A DNA stretch of 64,000 nucleotides from Bacteroidales bacterium (GTDB taxonomy: Bacteria > Bacteroidota > Bacteroidia > Bacteroidales > SZUA-534): the NCBI GenBank assembly GCA_046704385.1, contig JBJKSB010000021.1, forward strand, positions 145,269 through 209,268, read 5' to 3'. The position numbers and the translations under genes were made by a program. This document shows, one piece after another, positions 42,366 through 51,127 of the stretch; position 1 is the stretch's first letter; every line of letters begins with the position of its first letter. Under the pieces are notes generated by a model. The model had not been told where the DNA came from, did not search any database, and was given only the letters and a program-made list of their open reading frames with translations.

Positions 42366-44771
42366 ATGAAAGCATTATTACTACTTTTTCTAACAATATT
42401 TATCTCACGTAATGTTACTTCCCAGACTTTTATAGTTTCTGGCCAGGTTTCTGATAGTACTTCGGGTGAATATTTACCCGGGGCTACAGCTTATTGTTAC
42501 CAAACAAAGGGTGGGGTAGCTTGTAATGATTGGGGCTTTTTTAGTATAAAAGTGATACCGGGCATAAACACCCTCGAATTTTCGTATGTAGGCTATAAAA
42601 AGCAGTTAGTACAATTATTTGTAGCTAACGATACTCTTATAACTATTAACCTGTTGCCGGATACTGAACTTAGCGAGGTTACAGTTACTGCCGAAGGAAA
42701 TTTGCAACGCCTGCAAAGTACCACGGTAAGCACTCATACCATAACAGCAAAAAGCATTGAGGGCTTACCGGCACTTATGGGCGAAACCGATATAATAAAG
42801 CAGGTGCGTACGCTGCCCGGTGTAAGTGCTGCTGCTGAGGGAGCCTCTGGCTTAATAGTGCGGGGCAGCGGTCCCGATGGAACCTTGGTACTCTACGATG
42901 GGGTACCCTTGTATAACATTAATCATATGTACGGTTTCTTCTCCGTTTTTAATACGGATGCACTTTCCAGCGCCCAAATGTACAAAGGAGCCTATCCGGC
43001 AAGGTTCGGGGGGCGGGTGTCATCGGTGCTTGATGTACGTATGCGCGAGGGTAATTTAAATAAACTGCAAGGGAGCATTAGCATAGGGTCGCTGGTTTCA
43101 AAACTCACAATTGAAGGCCCCCTAATTAAAGACAAAGCATCATTTGTTATATCAGCACGCCGCAGTTATATCGACTTGTTTACAAACTATCTTTTTAACT
43201 TGATAGAACCTGGTGAGGGATTAGGCTATTTTTTTGAGGATTACAACCTGAAATTAAATTATAAAATTAATAGTAAAAACCGCTTGTTTGCCTCGGCTTA
43301 TACCGGTAAAGATAAGTATGAGGATAAGCAAGAGGATGACTGGGGTACTTATAAATCAAACAAATACATGGATTGGGGTAATTCGCTGGTATCGGTACGG
43401 CTGAACAGCTTAATCAGCCCAAAACTATTTTTGAATACCACTGCCTATATTAGCCGGTACCGGTATAAGGCCGGTGAAGATCGAACTGTACAACGGGATA
43501 GCAATTATTTGGGCACCATTTACATCGATGCTTATAATAAAACACAATTTACCGATTATGCCCTGAAAAATGAAATTGATTATAAACTTTCAGCCAGACA
43601 TTCGGTTAAAACGGGCATCCATTTTATTTATCATGATTTTTTACCCAATAGTTATAATGTTTATGCTTTGTCAAACAAAAATATTAGTACTTTTTATGAA
43701 CCTGAACCTGTATACAAGGTTGATACTACTATTATTGTAAAAGAGCTGGAAAAAATTGAATCGTTTGAATGGCATTTATTTGCAGAGGATGAGTTTCAAT
43801 TGTCAGATAAAATTAAAATAAATGGTGGATTGCACTACTCGGGCTTTTGGCATAAAACGGCAGCATATAATTACCTTTTGCCAAGGTTTTCGTTGGTGTA
43901 TTTACCTCAAAAAAACCTATCCATTAAAGTAGCCTCAGGCTTATATAGTCAGTATTCAATTCTGGTAAGCGACCCAACCGTGGGCCTGCCTACCGATGTA
44001 TGGTTGCAAAGTACACATGGCCTTAAGCCTTTGCTGGGCTGGCAAAGTGTTATAGGTGCTATGTACAATACCAATACCGATTGGCTGTTTAGTATTGAAA
44101 CCTATTATAAACTGACTAAAAACGTGGCAGATTTTAAGGAAATGGTTAGTATGAATGATTTTACGAGCTGGAACGATGTTTTTGAACAGGGACAGGCAAG
44201 GGGTTATGGCTTTGAGTTTATGGTGGAAAAGCATAATGAAAAATACAATTTTAAGGCAAGCTATGCTCATAACCGTTCCATTCAGGAGTTCGATAACCTG
44301 AATAGAGGCAGGCCATATTATTATACCTATGACTCGCCTCATAATATAAATTTTGAATGCTTGTACAAGTTTAATAAGCATATTGATATGGGCATCTCCT
44401 GGGTTTTTTCATCGGGCAAATTAATGACCCTGGTTGAAAACGAATTTCCGAATTTTAATTATTACGAATATGAATATATCAATAAGGTCAGTCAAAATTA
44501 TTCCCCGGGTGCAGGCAGCTTTTTTACCAATCGTTATCTTGCAACGGTAACCGAAAGAAATAATCACCGGACCGAACCTTACCACAGGTTAGATGTTGGG
44601 GTGAATTTTAAAAAAGAAAAGAAAAGAGGGCTGCGCACCTGGAGTTTTGGCATATACAATGTATATAACCGGAAAAATGTATTTTTTGTTACCAATGTGA
44701 ATTATAAGGGGTATGTTAAGCAATCCATGCCTTCAATATTACCCTATTTTGCTTATTCCTTTAAATTTTAA
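42366..44771 (+). CDS. TonB-dependent receptor (CarboxypepD_reg domain + plug + barrel; no STN domain)
   Basis: Signal peptide. VSGQVSDSTSGEYLPGATAY. Plug (DIIKQVRTLPGV...GLIVRGSGPDGTLVLYDGVPLYN, YPARFGGRVSSVLDV). C-terminal ...YFAYSFKF. Same subfamily as the 4717 receptor. Confidence 0.88.
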   Translation: MKALLLLFLTIFISRNVTSQTFIVSGQVSDSTSGEYLPGATAYCYQTKGGVACNDWGFFSIKVIPGINTLEFSYVGYKKQLVQLFVANDTLITINLLPDTELSEVTVTAEGNLQRLQSTTVSTHTITAKSIEGLPALMGETDIIKQVRTLPGVSAAAEGASGLIVRGSGPDGTLVLYDGVPLYNINHMYGFFSVFNTDALSSAQMYKGAYPARFGGRVSSVLDVRMREGNLNKLQGSISIGSLVSKLTIEGPLIKDKASFVISARRSYIDLFTNYLFNLIEPGEGLGYFFEDYNLKLNYKINSKNRLFASAYTGKDKYEDKQEDDWGTYKSNKYMDWGNSLVSVRLNSLISPKLFLNTTAYISRYRYKAGEDRTVQRDSNYLGTIYIDAYNKTQFTDYALKNEIDYKLSARHSVKTGIHFIYHDFLPNSYNVYALSNKNISTFYEPEPVYKVDTTIIVKELEKIESFEWHLFAEDEFQLSDKIKINGGLHYSGFWHKTAAYNYLLPRFSLVYLPQKNLSIKVASGLYSQYSILVSDPTVGLPTDVWLQSTHGLKPLLGWQSVIGAMYNTNTDWLFSIETYYKLTKNVADFKEMVSMNDFTSWNDVFEQGQARGYGFEFMVEKHNEKYNFKASYAHNRSIQEFDNLNRGRPYYYTYDSPHNINFECLYKFNKHIDMGISWVFSSGKLMTLVENEFPNFNYYEYEYINKVSQNYSPGAGSFFTNRYLATVTERNNHRTEPYHRLDVGVNFKKEKKRGLRTWSFGIYNVYNRKNVFFVTNVNYKGYVKQSMPSILPYFAYSFKF

Positions 44772-44775
44772 TTGT

Positions 44776-45780
44776 ATGCTAAATAAAAGTTTAAAATATT
44801 CTTTTTTTTTGATGTTTGTAGCATTTTTTGTACAATGTTCAACAACCGATTATGATTTTGGAAGGGAACCTAAAATTGTTATTAATTCATTTTTATCGAC
44901 AGCCCGCTCGGTTGAGGTAATTTTAGCACAGAGTTATAACCACATGTCTGAAGAAGGCCCTGTACCGATTACTAATGCTAAGGTTACCCTATACGAGAAT
45001 GGACAGGAAATAGCCGTGTTATACCACGATAAATTTGGCAGGTACCTAAGCCCTTTTATACCACGGGCAAATAACGAATATGAAATAGTTGCTGAAGCAC
45101 CCGGCTTTCCAACAGCATCAGGCAAAGTTGAAATACCCCCTGATGTGCAAGTAAAAAACTTTAGAAAGTCAACCTTAAGCTTTGATAGATTTGATACCGT
45201 ATATATGGGTACTACTATTCGGGTTGATACAATTTATAAATTAGATTTTAGTTTTACCTATACCGATTTTCCTGCCAAGGGGAATGTTTACAGAATTCAA
45301 TCCAGACAGGCTATAAAATTCGGGGAGAAAGGTAATGAGTCTGAATTTAGTGTAATTCTCCACAATTATTATCCTTCTTTGAACCCTGGGGAAGTGCGCT
45401 TTATGCTAAACCCCAGTAGTTACTATTCGCCTGTATTTTTTATAAGCGATTCGCTATATAACGGACAAGATATAGAGGTGGAGACAAATATCTCTTTAGA
45501 AACAAACCAGTACCAAAGTCTGGGAAAATATTACCTTTATTTTGAGTGTTTGTCGCAAAAAACATATGATTATTATGTTATGCTAAATGATTATTATGAA
45601 AAGAGCCGGTATTTAACTAACGATGAAGATGGTATGAGCCTTGATTATTTATCATCGGAGAGTATTATCAACTACATTCCTTATGTTGAGGAAGAACGAA
45701 TTAGCAATGGTTTTGGTTTTATTGGCGCAGCAAGTGGTATTGTTGATACAGTAATTATTCAGAAACCTGATTCGTTATAG
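44776..45780 (+). CDS. DUF4249-like lipoprotein (usual partner of this TonB-receptor subfamily)
   Basis: Lipobox FFVQCS. PKIVINSFLS...VEVILAQS followed by VTLYENGQ... is the pattern I associate with DUF4249, and the gene sits immediately after the receptor. Start moved to MLNKSLKY at 44776. Confidence 0.7.
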   Translation: MLNKSLKYSFFLMFVAFFVQCSTTDYDFGREPKIVINSFLSTARSVEVILAQSYNHMSEEGPVPITNAKVTLYENGQEIAVLYHDKFGRYLSPFIPRANNEYEIVAEAPGFPTASGKVEIPPDVQVKNFRKSTLSFDRFDTVYMGTTIRVDTIYKLDFSFTYTDFPAKGNVYRIQSRQAIKFGEKGNESEFSVILHNYYPSLNPGEVRFMLNPSSYYSPVFFISDSLYNGQDIEVETNISLETNQYQSLGKYYLYFECLSQKTYDYYVMLNDYYEKSRYLTNDEDGMSLDYLSSESIINYIPYVEEERISNGFGFIGAASGIVDTVIIQKPDSL

Positions 45781-45799
45781 TCAGCTTTAAAAATTTTCT

Positions 45800-46375
45800 T
45801 TATTGTTTATAATATTCCTGAAAGCAACTTCTGCACAAGGGTTCGTAAATATCAGTTTCACCTAAAACCACCAGTTTATCGTTGGCGGTTAACCGGTGCG
45901 AATGGTGTGCCAGGTCGCCACATTTTACACAAATAGCATGTACTTTTGTTACGTATTCGGCTGTTGACAGTAACTTGGGAATGGGTCCAAACGGTTTTCC
46001 CCGGTAATCCATATCCAGGCCTGCTACAATTACACGAATTCCGCGGTTTGCCAGTTCGTTGCAAACTTCCACAAGGCCATCGTCGAAAAACTGGGCTTCA
46101 TCAATACCCACTACTTCCACATCATTGGCCAGTAAAAGAATATTTCGGGGGCTGTCAACCGGGGTTGATAATATGGCATTTTCATCGTGTGAAACTACTT
46201 CTTCCACCGAGTACCTGACATCTATTTTTGGTTTAAAAATTTCTATTTTTTGTTTGGCAATTTTGGCCCGTTTCATTCTGCGTATCAGCTCTTCGGTTTT
46301 TCCGCTGAACATGGATCCGCATACAACCTCAATCCACCCTTTTTTTTCAAATCTGTTATTTTTCTCAAGAAACAT
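45800..46375 (-). CDS. tdk: Thymidine kinase
   Basis: P-loop [24 protein letters not shown], and zinc ribbon C.KCG...R and C..C. Confidence 0.96.
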   Translation of the reverse strand: MFLEKNNRFEKKGWIEVVCGSMFSGKTEELIRRMKRAKIAKQKIEIFKPKIDVRYSVEEVVSHDENAILSTPVDSPRNILLLANDVEVVGIDEAQFFDDGLVEVCNELANRGIRVIVAGLDMDYRGKPFGPIPKLLSTAEYVTKVHAICVKCGDLAHHSHRLTANDKLVVLGETDIYEPLCRSCFQEYYKQ

Positions 46376-46538
46376 GGTACTCTTAATTGATTGCCCGAAT
46401 TTAGTTAATTTTATCCATTAAGGGTAAAAGAAGTTTTTAACAACATGTTGTAAATATTTTGTCAGGCTGGCTAATAAAAAATAATAATGATCGTTTTAAT
46501 CACAATCGTTATTTTTACAGTGTAAATTTATCGGCATT

Positions 46539-47468
46539 ATGAATAAAAAAAATCTGGTTAATATCCTGAATAAAGAAATAATAATTCTGTCAGAATTAAT
46601 AAACGGCTTTGATGACAACGGATCAATCCACCCGATGGAAGTTGATCTGGCACTGTCGAAAGTAAAAGATATTTATAATGAATTGATTTTATTAAAAGAG
46701 GATGCTCCCGAAAAGGATTTAAAAAGTGAAATTCCTGATCCATTTGCACAAAAAGGTTCAGCCATTTTAGATAAAGAGCAACCGGTTATTGAAAAAGAGG
46801 CTCCGAAAGTAGTTGAGGAAAGTAAAATAATTGAGGAGCCTGATCCGGTAGTGAAAGAAGTAGAATCAGTTCCTGAGAAAATGTCTGAAGTAGATGTTGA
46901 GGAAGAAGCGACATTGGAACTCGCTGAAGATGAATCTATTGAAAACACTGATGTTCCGGAAGTAATGGTTGAGAAACCGGTGGAAATTGAGCAGGAAGAA
47001 ATTCAGAAAGAAGAGTCGGTGGAACCGGAAGAAGTTTCAGAACCTGTTCAGGAGAAAGTTGAAGAACCATTGGAAGAACCAATGAAGGAACCTGAGCCAG
47101 AGCCCGTTAAAAAGGAAGAGAAGGTCGTAAAAAATGAAATTATTGCCGACAAATTCTCAAACAATGCACCATCAGTGAATGATATGATGGCCGGAATTAA
47201 GAAAAATAAGGACCTGGCATCTTATTTAAAAGCAGGACCGGTAAAAGATCTGAAAAAAGCTATTAAACTGAACGACCGGATATGGTACATTAATGAGCTT
47301 TTTAATAAAAATGCCGCCACCTATGAAAAAACGGTCGATGTGCTAAACCAGTTCGAGAATCTTGACCAGGCCCTGGAATATATTTTTACGAATTTTGCCT
47401 GGGATCAGAACCGAAAAAGTACCATTAGCTTTCTGGAACTGGTATTCAGGCGTTTTGCTTCAAAATAA
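46539..47468 (+). CDS. Hypothetical protein with a conserved N-terminus and C-terminus and a central E/P/V-rich acidic low-complexity linker
   Basis: Long ORF with coherent coding character. Its central ~130 aa are E/P/V/K repeats. No family recognised. Confidence 0.65.
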   Translation: MNKKNLVNILNKEIIILSELINGFDDNGSIHPMEVDLALSKVKDIYNELILLKEDAPEKDLKSEIPDPFAQKGSAILDKEQPVIEKEAPKVVEESKIIEEPDPVVKEVESVPEKMSEVDVEEEATLELAEDESIENTDVPEVMVEKPVEIEQEEIQKEESVEPEEVSEPVQEKVEEPLEEPMKEPEPEPVKKEEKVVKNEIIADKFSNNAPSVNDMMAGIKKNKDLASYLKAGPVKDLKKAIKLNDRIWYINELFNKNAATYEKTVDVLNQFENLDQALEYIFTNFAWDQNRKSTISFLELVFRRFASK

Positions 47469-47473
47469 TTGCT

Positions 47474-48148
47474 ATGGGAAAACTAATTGTTGTACCTACA
47501 CCAATCGGAAATCTTGACGATATAACACTTCGTGCCTTAAAAGTATTAAAGGATGCTGATTTTATACTGGCCGAAGATACGCGTACATCAGGAAACCTAT
47601 TACGTCATTTCGAAATTAAAACAAGGTTGCAGCCTTATCATAAATTTAATGAGCACAAACAGGTTGAGTCTCTGGTGAATAAAATTGCTGAAAGCAATAC
47701 GGTTGCATTGGTTAGTGATGCCGGAACCCCTGGGATTTCTGATCCGGGATATCTTTTGATAAAATTTTGCATTGCCGAAGGAGTTGAGGTAGAATGCCTT
47801 CCGGGAGCTACGGCGCTCATACCCGCCCTGGTAAACTCCGGGTTGCCAAACGACCGTTTTATTTTTGAGGGATTTTTACCGCAAAAAAAAGGCAGGCAAA
47901 AACGTATAGAGGCTTTAATAGAAGAATCACGAACCATCGTTTTTTATGAATCGCCACACCGGCTTATTAAAACCTTAACGCAGCTACTTGAAATTTTTAA
48001 CGAAGAACGAAATGTGTGTGTCAGTCGTGAGTTAACCAAATTGCACGAAGAAAATTTTAGGGGAACTTTTTCTGAGGCTATAGCTCATTTTTCAGAAAAA
48101 AACATAAAAGGCGAGATTGTTTTAATTGTGGAAGGTCATCAAGCATAG
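47474..48148 (+). CDS. rsmI: 16S rRNA (cytidine1402-2'-O)-methyltransferase
   Basis: L.VV.TPIGNLDDITLRAL..L...D.I.AEDTR, SDAGTPGISDPG and FYESPHR motifs. Confidence 0.93.
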   Translation: MGKLIVVPTPIGNLDDITLRALKVLKDADFILAEDTRTSGNLLRHFEIKTRLQPYHKFNEHKQVESLVNKIAESNTVALVSDAGTPGISDPGYLLIKFCIAEGVEVECLPGATALIPALVNSGLPNDRFIFEGFLPQKKGRQKRIEALIEESRTIVFYESPHRLIKTLTQLLEIFNEERNVCVSRELTKLHEENFRGTFSEAIAHFSEKNIKGEIVLIVEGHQA

Positions 48149-48206
48149 ATAATTATCATAATAAGCTTTGCCATAATATGAATTTGTTTTATAATTTAAA
48201 ATCATG

Positions 48207-48214
48207 TAAGTTTG
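48207..48214 (+). promoter_or_regulatory. Candidate -7 promoter box (TAAGTTTG) for the LytTR regulator gene
   Basis: TAnnTTTG match 51 nt upstream of the ATG at 48265. Confidence 0.4.
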
Positions 48215-48264
48215 AGATGCAATAAGTTAATTATTGCTTATTGGGTGTTTAAAAAGGGGTAAAT

Positions 48265-49023
48265 ATGCTTAAAGCGGTTATCGTTGACGATGAGCTCGAC
48301 GCAATTGAATCAGTAAGATTATTATTAAACGAAAATTTTTCGAATATCTCAATTGAAGGTACAGCACAATCTGTTGATGCAGCGCGTAGCATAATTTCTG
48401 TTGTTAAGCCCGACATAGTTTTTCTTGATATTGAAATGCCTGATGGAAATGGTTTTGATGTGCTCGAATCAATTCAAGACCGTGATTTCAATGTGATTTT
48501 TATAACGGCCTACAACCAATATGCCATAAAGGCCTTTAAATATTCGGCCATCGATTATATTTTGAAACCCATTGATATTGATGATTTTGTAAATGCAGTC
48601 AATAAAATTGAGTCAGGAAACGGCCAAAAAATTAAAGGCGAAGACAAAATTAATGTGCTACTTGAAAACATCAATGGAAATAAGCCGGAAAAGCTTGCCC
48701 TCTCTACCTCCGAAAGCATTGAGTTTGTTAAAATAGCTGACATTATTCAAATTGAAGCTGAGGGGAGTTACTCCACCCTGAAATTTATTGATAAATCGGA
48801 ATTAGTGGTATCAAAAAACCTGGGTGAATTTGAGAGCCTTCTCGAAGATCATCCGTTTTACCGCCCTCATCAATCGCATCTGATAAATTTGCTACATGTA
48901 AAAAAGATTACCCGAATGGGGAACGAAATTATTATGGATGACGGTTCAGTTGCTTTTTTATCACGGCGAAAAAAGAATCAGTTTCTTGAGTTGATGTCGG
49001 CCATGGTTCAGCATAAAAAATAA
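48265..49023 (+). CDS. LytR/AlgR (LytTR) family response regulator
   Basis: REC domain (VDDE...DIVFLDIEMPDGNG) plus a C-terminal LytTR domain (I..IEAEGSYS.L......LVSKNLGEFE..L....F.R.HQSHLINL). Confidence 0.9.
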   Translation: MLKAVIVDDELDAIESVRLLLNENFSNISIEGTAQSVDAARSIISVVKPDIVFLDIEMPDGNGFDVLESIQDRDFNVIFITAYNQYAIKAFKYSAIDYILKPIDIDDFVNAVNKIESGNGQKIKGEDKINVLLENINGNKPEKLALSTSESIEFVKIADIIQIEAEGSYSTLKFIDKSELVVSKNLGEFESLLEDHPFYRPHQSHLINLLHVKKITRMGNEIIMDDGSVAFLSRRKKNQFLELMSAMVQHKK

Positions 49024-49251
49024 GATCCGGGAATTCCCACTAAATTTTACACAAAATACTTGTTTGGCGCAATTACGTGGCTGGACAGATTACAGGCTGT
49101 ATGATAGGAAAAGCTGTAATCGGGCAATTTTGATATATACCAAATTTTAAACGGTTTTTACCAATTACAAAAGCAAACCTACCGGATATGAATTTGTAAA
49201 TTTTCAATGAAAAGTTTATCGTAACATTGCTATGAATTATTAAATAAAAGT

Positions 49252-49551
49252 ATGGGAAACATAGCAGCTATAGAAACTTACAGTGCCGATCAGCTTCAGA
49301 TGTCAAAACTGGCAAAAGCCATTGCACATCCGGCCCGCATTGCAATTTTAGAGTTGCTGGCATCCAAATCATGTACCTGTAATGATATAGTTGGTAATTT
49401 GCCATTAGCTCAATCTACTGTATCACAACATTTAAAAGAGCTAAAAAATGTTCATCTGATTGATGCCTTCGATCTCCCACCAAAAACCATTTATTCGTTA
49501 AATGTGAAAAACTATCAGAAATTTAAGAAAACAATAAATAGTTATTTTTGA
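49252..49551 (+). CDS. ArsR/SmtB-family transcriptional regulator
   Basis: LAKAIAHPARIAILELL....CTCNDIVGNLPLAQSTVSQHLKELK is the ArsR wHTH signature. Confidence 0.85.
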   Translation: MGNIAAIETYSADQLQMSKLAKAIAHPARIAILELLASKSCTCNDIVGNLPLAQSTVSQHLKELKNVHLIDAFDLPPKTIYSLNVKNYQKFKKTINSYF

Positions 49552-49567
49552 TTAATTTACCCGCTTA

Positions 49568-49607
49568 AAAAATGCTGTTCTTACCATGGAACAGCATTTT
49601 TTGTTTT
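49568..49607 (+). terminator. Rho-independent terminator after the ArsR-family gene
   Basis: AAATGCTGTTC-TTACCATG-GAACAGCATTT hairpin followed by TTTGTTTT. Confidence 0.8.
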
Positions 49608-49663
49608 AGGCATGTGAGGATTTCTTTAGAACTTGTTGGAATCATTTTTTAAATTCGATCGAG

Positions 49664-49687
49664 AAATTAAAAAGCCCGATTCCGGGC
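49664..49687 (-). terminator. Rho-independent terminator after the GH13 gene
   Basis: On the minus strand, GCCCG-GAAT-CGGGC is followed by TTTTTAATTT. Confidence 0.65.
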
Positions 49688-49746
49688 AGAATCAGGCTTT
49701 TATTACACGTTTTCAGTCTAGCAAAAACCAAAACTATAAGTGTAGC

Positions 49747-51123
49747 TTACTCTTTCCTTGTGAGTACTTTGTATCCCCAGGGTCCAAGATTTATTTTATT
49801 GTCGCCGTTTATAGCGACGGGTGTCTGATTAAAAAGCGATTCGTAACTGCCAAATACATCGCTTTGTGTAATTGAGATATTTTGTTCAACAGCTGAAAAA
49901 TTTATAATTACCAGAACTTCGTCATTATCCTTTTTACGAACAAATGAGTATACTTTTTCCGGATTATCATTCGATATTTTTTGCAGGGGTGCTCCCCATG
50001 CTCCATTGAAAAGAGCCTCATTGTCATGTTTCAATTTTAAAAGCTTTGCATAAAATCCGGCGTTGGCATAAGATCCCCACTCAATTGTATCTTTATCAAA
50101 AAATTTAAGACGTTTATCCATACGATCTTCCTGGCCTGAGTATATTAATGGCATGCCGGGAATTGTTGCACTTAGAACGGCCATAGCGTCTGCTGCGTCT
50201 CCCATTCTTTCATATTCTGATCCATTCCATGAATTCTCATCATGATTTGAGGTGAAGTACATAAAATAGTCATCCACGTCATATGTAGTATCTACTTTTT
50301 GAAAGTAGGCATCTACATCTGCAATTGTTTTGGTACCCTGTGCAATGCCATTCATGATATGATGAAATTCCCATCCGTAAATCATATCAAATGCCAATAA
50401 ATCTTTTTTATCTTCAACTTCGCCCAACATAAAAACCGGTTTTATGGCATCAAGTCGTTTGCGGGCTTCCATCCAAAAATCAATAGGCACACTTCCTGCT
50501 ACATCACAGCGATAACCGTCAACATCAGCATTATTAATCCAAAATTCCAGACTTTGAATCATATATTCACGTAATTCCGGCTTGTCATAATTTAAATCTG
50601 CAACATCAGTCCAGTCAGGTACAGGTGAAATAATATTCCCGATAGAATCGTGCGTGTACCAATCAGGATGAGTATCAATCAACCAGTTATCCCAACCGGT
50701 ATGGTTAGCTACCCAGTCAATAATAACATGCATTCCTAGTTCGTGTGCTGATTTTACAAGGTGTTTCAAATCGTCAATGTTCCCGAATTCGGGATTAACC
50801 TTTTGGTAATCCTGTACAGCATAATAACTTCCCAATGACCCTTTTCGGTTTTTTTTACTAATTGGATTAATAGGCATAAGCCAAAGGATATCTACCCCCA
50901 TATCTCTTAATCGGGATAAATGTTTTTCAAAAGCAGCAAAAGTACCTTCCGGGGTGTATTGCCTTACGTTTACTTCATAAATGTTGGCATTTTTGCTCCA
51001 TTCAACATGTTTATATACTTTAACAGGTTTTTCAGATGTGCTTACTGTTTTGTTTGTTGTTGATTGGCACGAAATTAATGCCACCAACAAAATTAAAATG
51101 GGTAAATAGTGTTTACGGTTCAT
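49747..51123 (-). CDS. GH13 alpha-amylase family glycosidase, lipoprotein
   Basis: Lipobox LISCQ. GH13 conserved regions DWVANH, GYRCDVAG, MLGEVE and FTSNHDEN. Confidence 0.9.
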   Translation of the reverse strand: MNRKHYLPILILLVALISCQSTTNKTVSTSEKPVKVYKHVEWSKNANIYEVNVRQYTPEGTFAAFEKHLSRLRDMGVDILWLMPINPISKKNRKGSLGSYYAVQDYQKVNPEFGNIDDLKHLVKSAHELGMHVIIDWVANHTGWDNWLIDTHPDWYTHDSIGNIISPVPDWTDVADLNYDKPELREYMIQSLEFWINNADVDGYRCDVAGSVPIDFWMEARKRLDAIKPVFMLGEVEDKKDLLAFDMIYGWEFHHIMNGIAQGTKTIADVDAYFQKVDTTYDVDDYFMYFTSNHDENSWNGSEYERMGDAADAMAVLSATIPGMPLIYSGQEDRMDKRLKFFDKDTIEWGSYANAGFYAKLLKLKHDNEALFNGAWGAPLQKISNDNPEKVYSFVRKKDNDEVLVIINFSAVEQNISITQSDVFGSYESLFNQTPVAINGDNKINLGPWGYKVLTRKE

Positions 51124-51127
51124 AGTT

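Noticed and set aside
46539-47468. The acidic E/P/V-rich 309-aa protein as a novel repeat protein.
   Set aside because: The central region is compositional low complexity rather than a true periodic repeat. The ordered N- and C-termini look like a conserved hypothetical protein next to rsmI. It is listed as a feature only.
49029-49040. GGGAATTCCC, a perfect 10-bp palindrome right after the LytTR regulator gene stop.
   Set aside because: It is too short and has no loop, so it cannot act as a terminator. It is a single occurrence containing an EcoRI site, which is compatible with chance.
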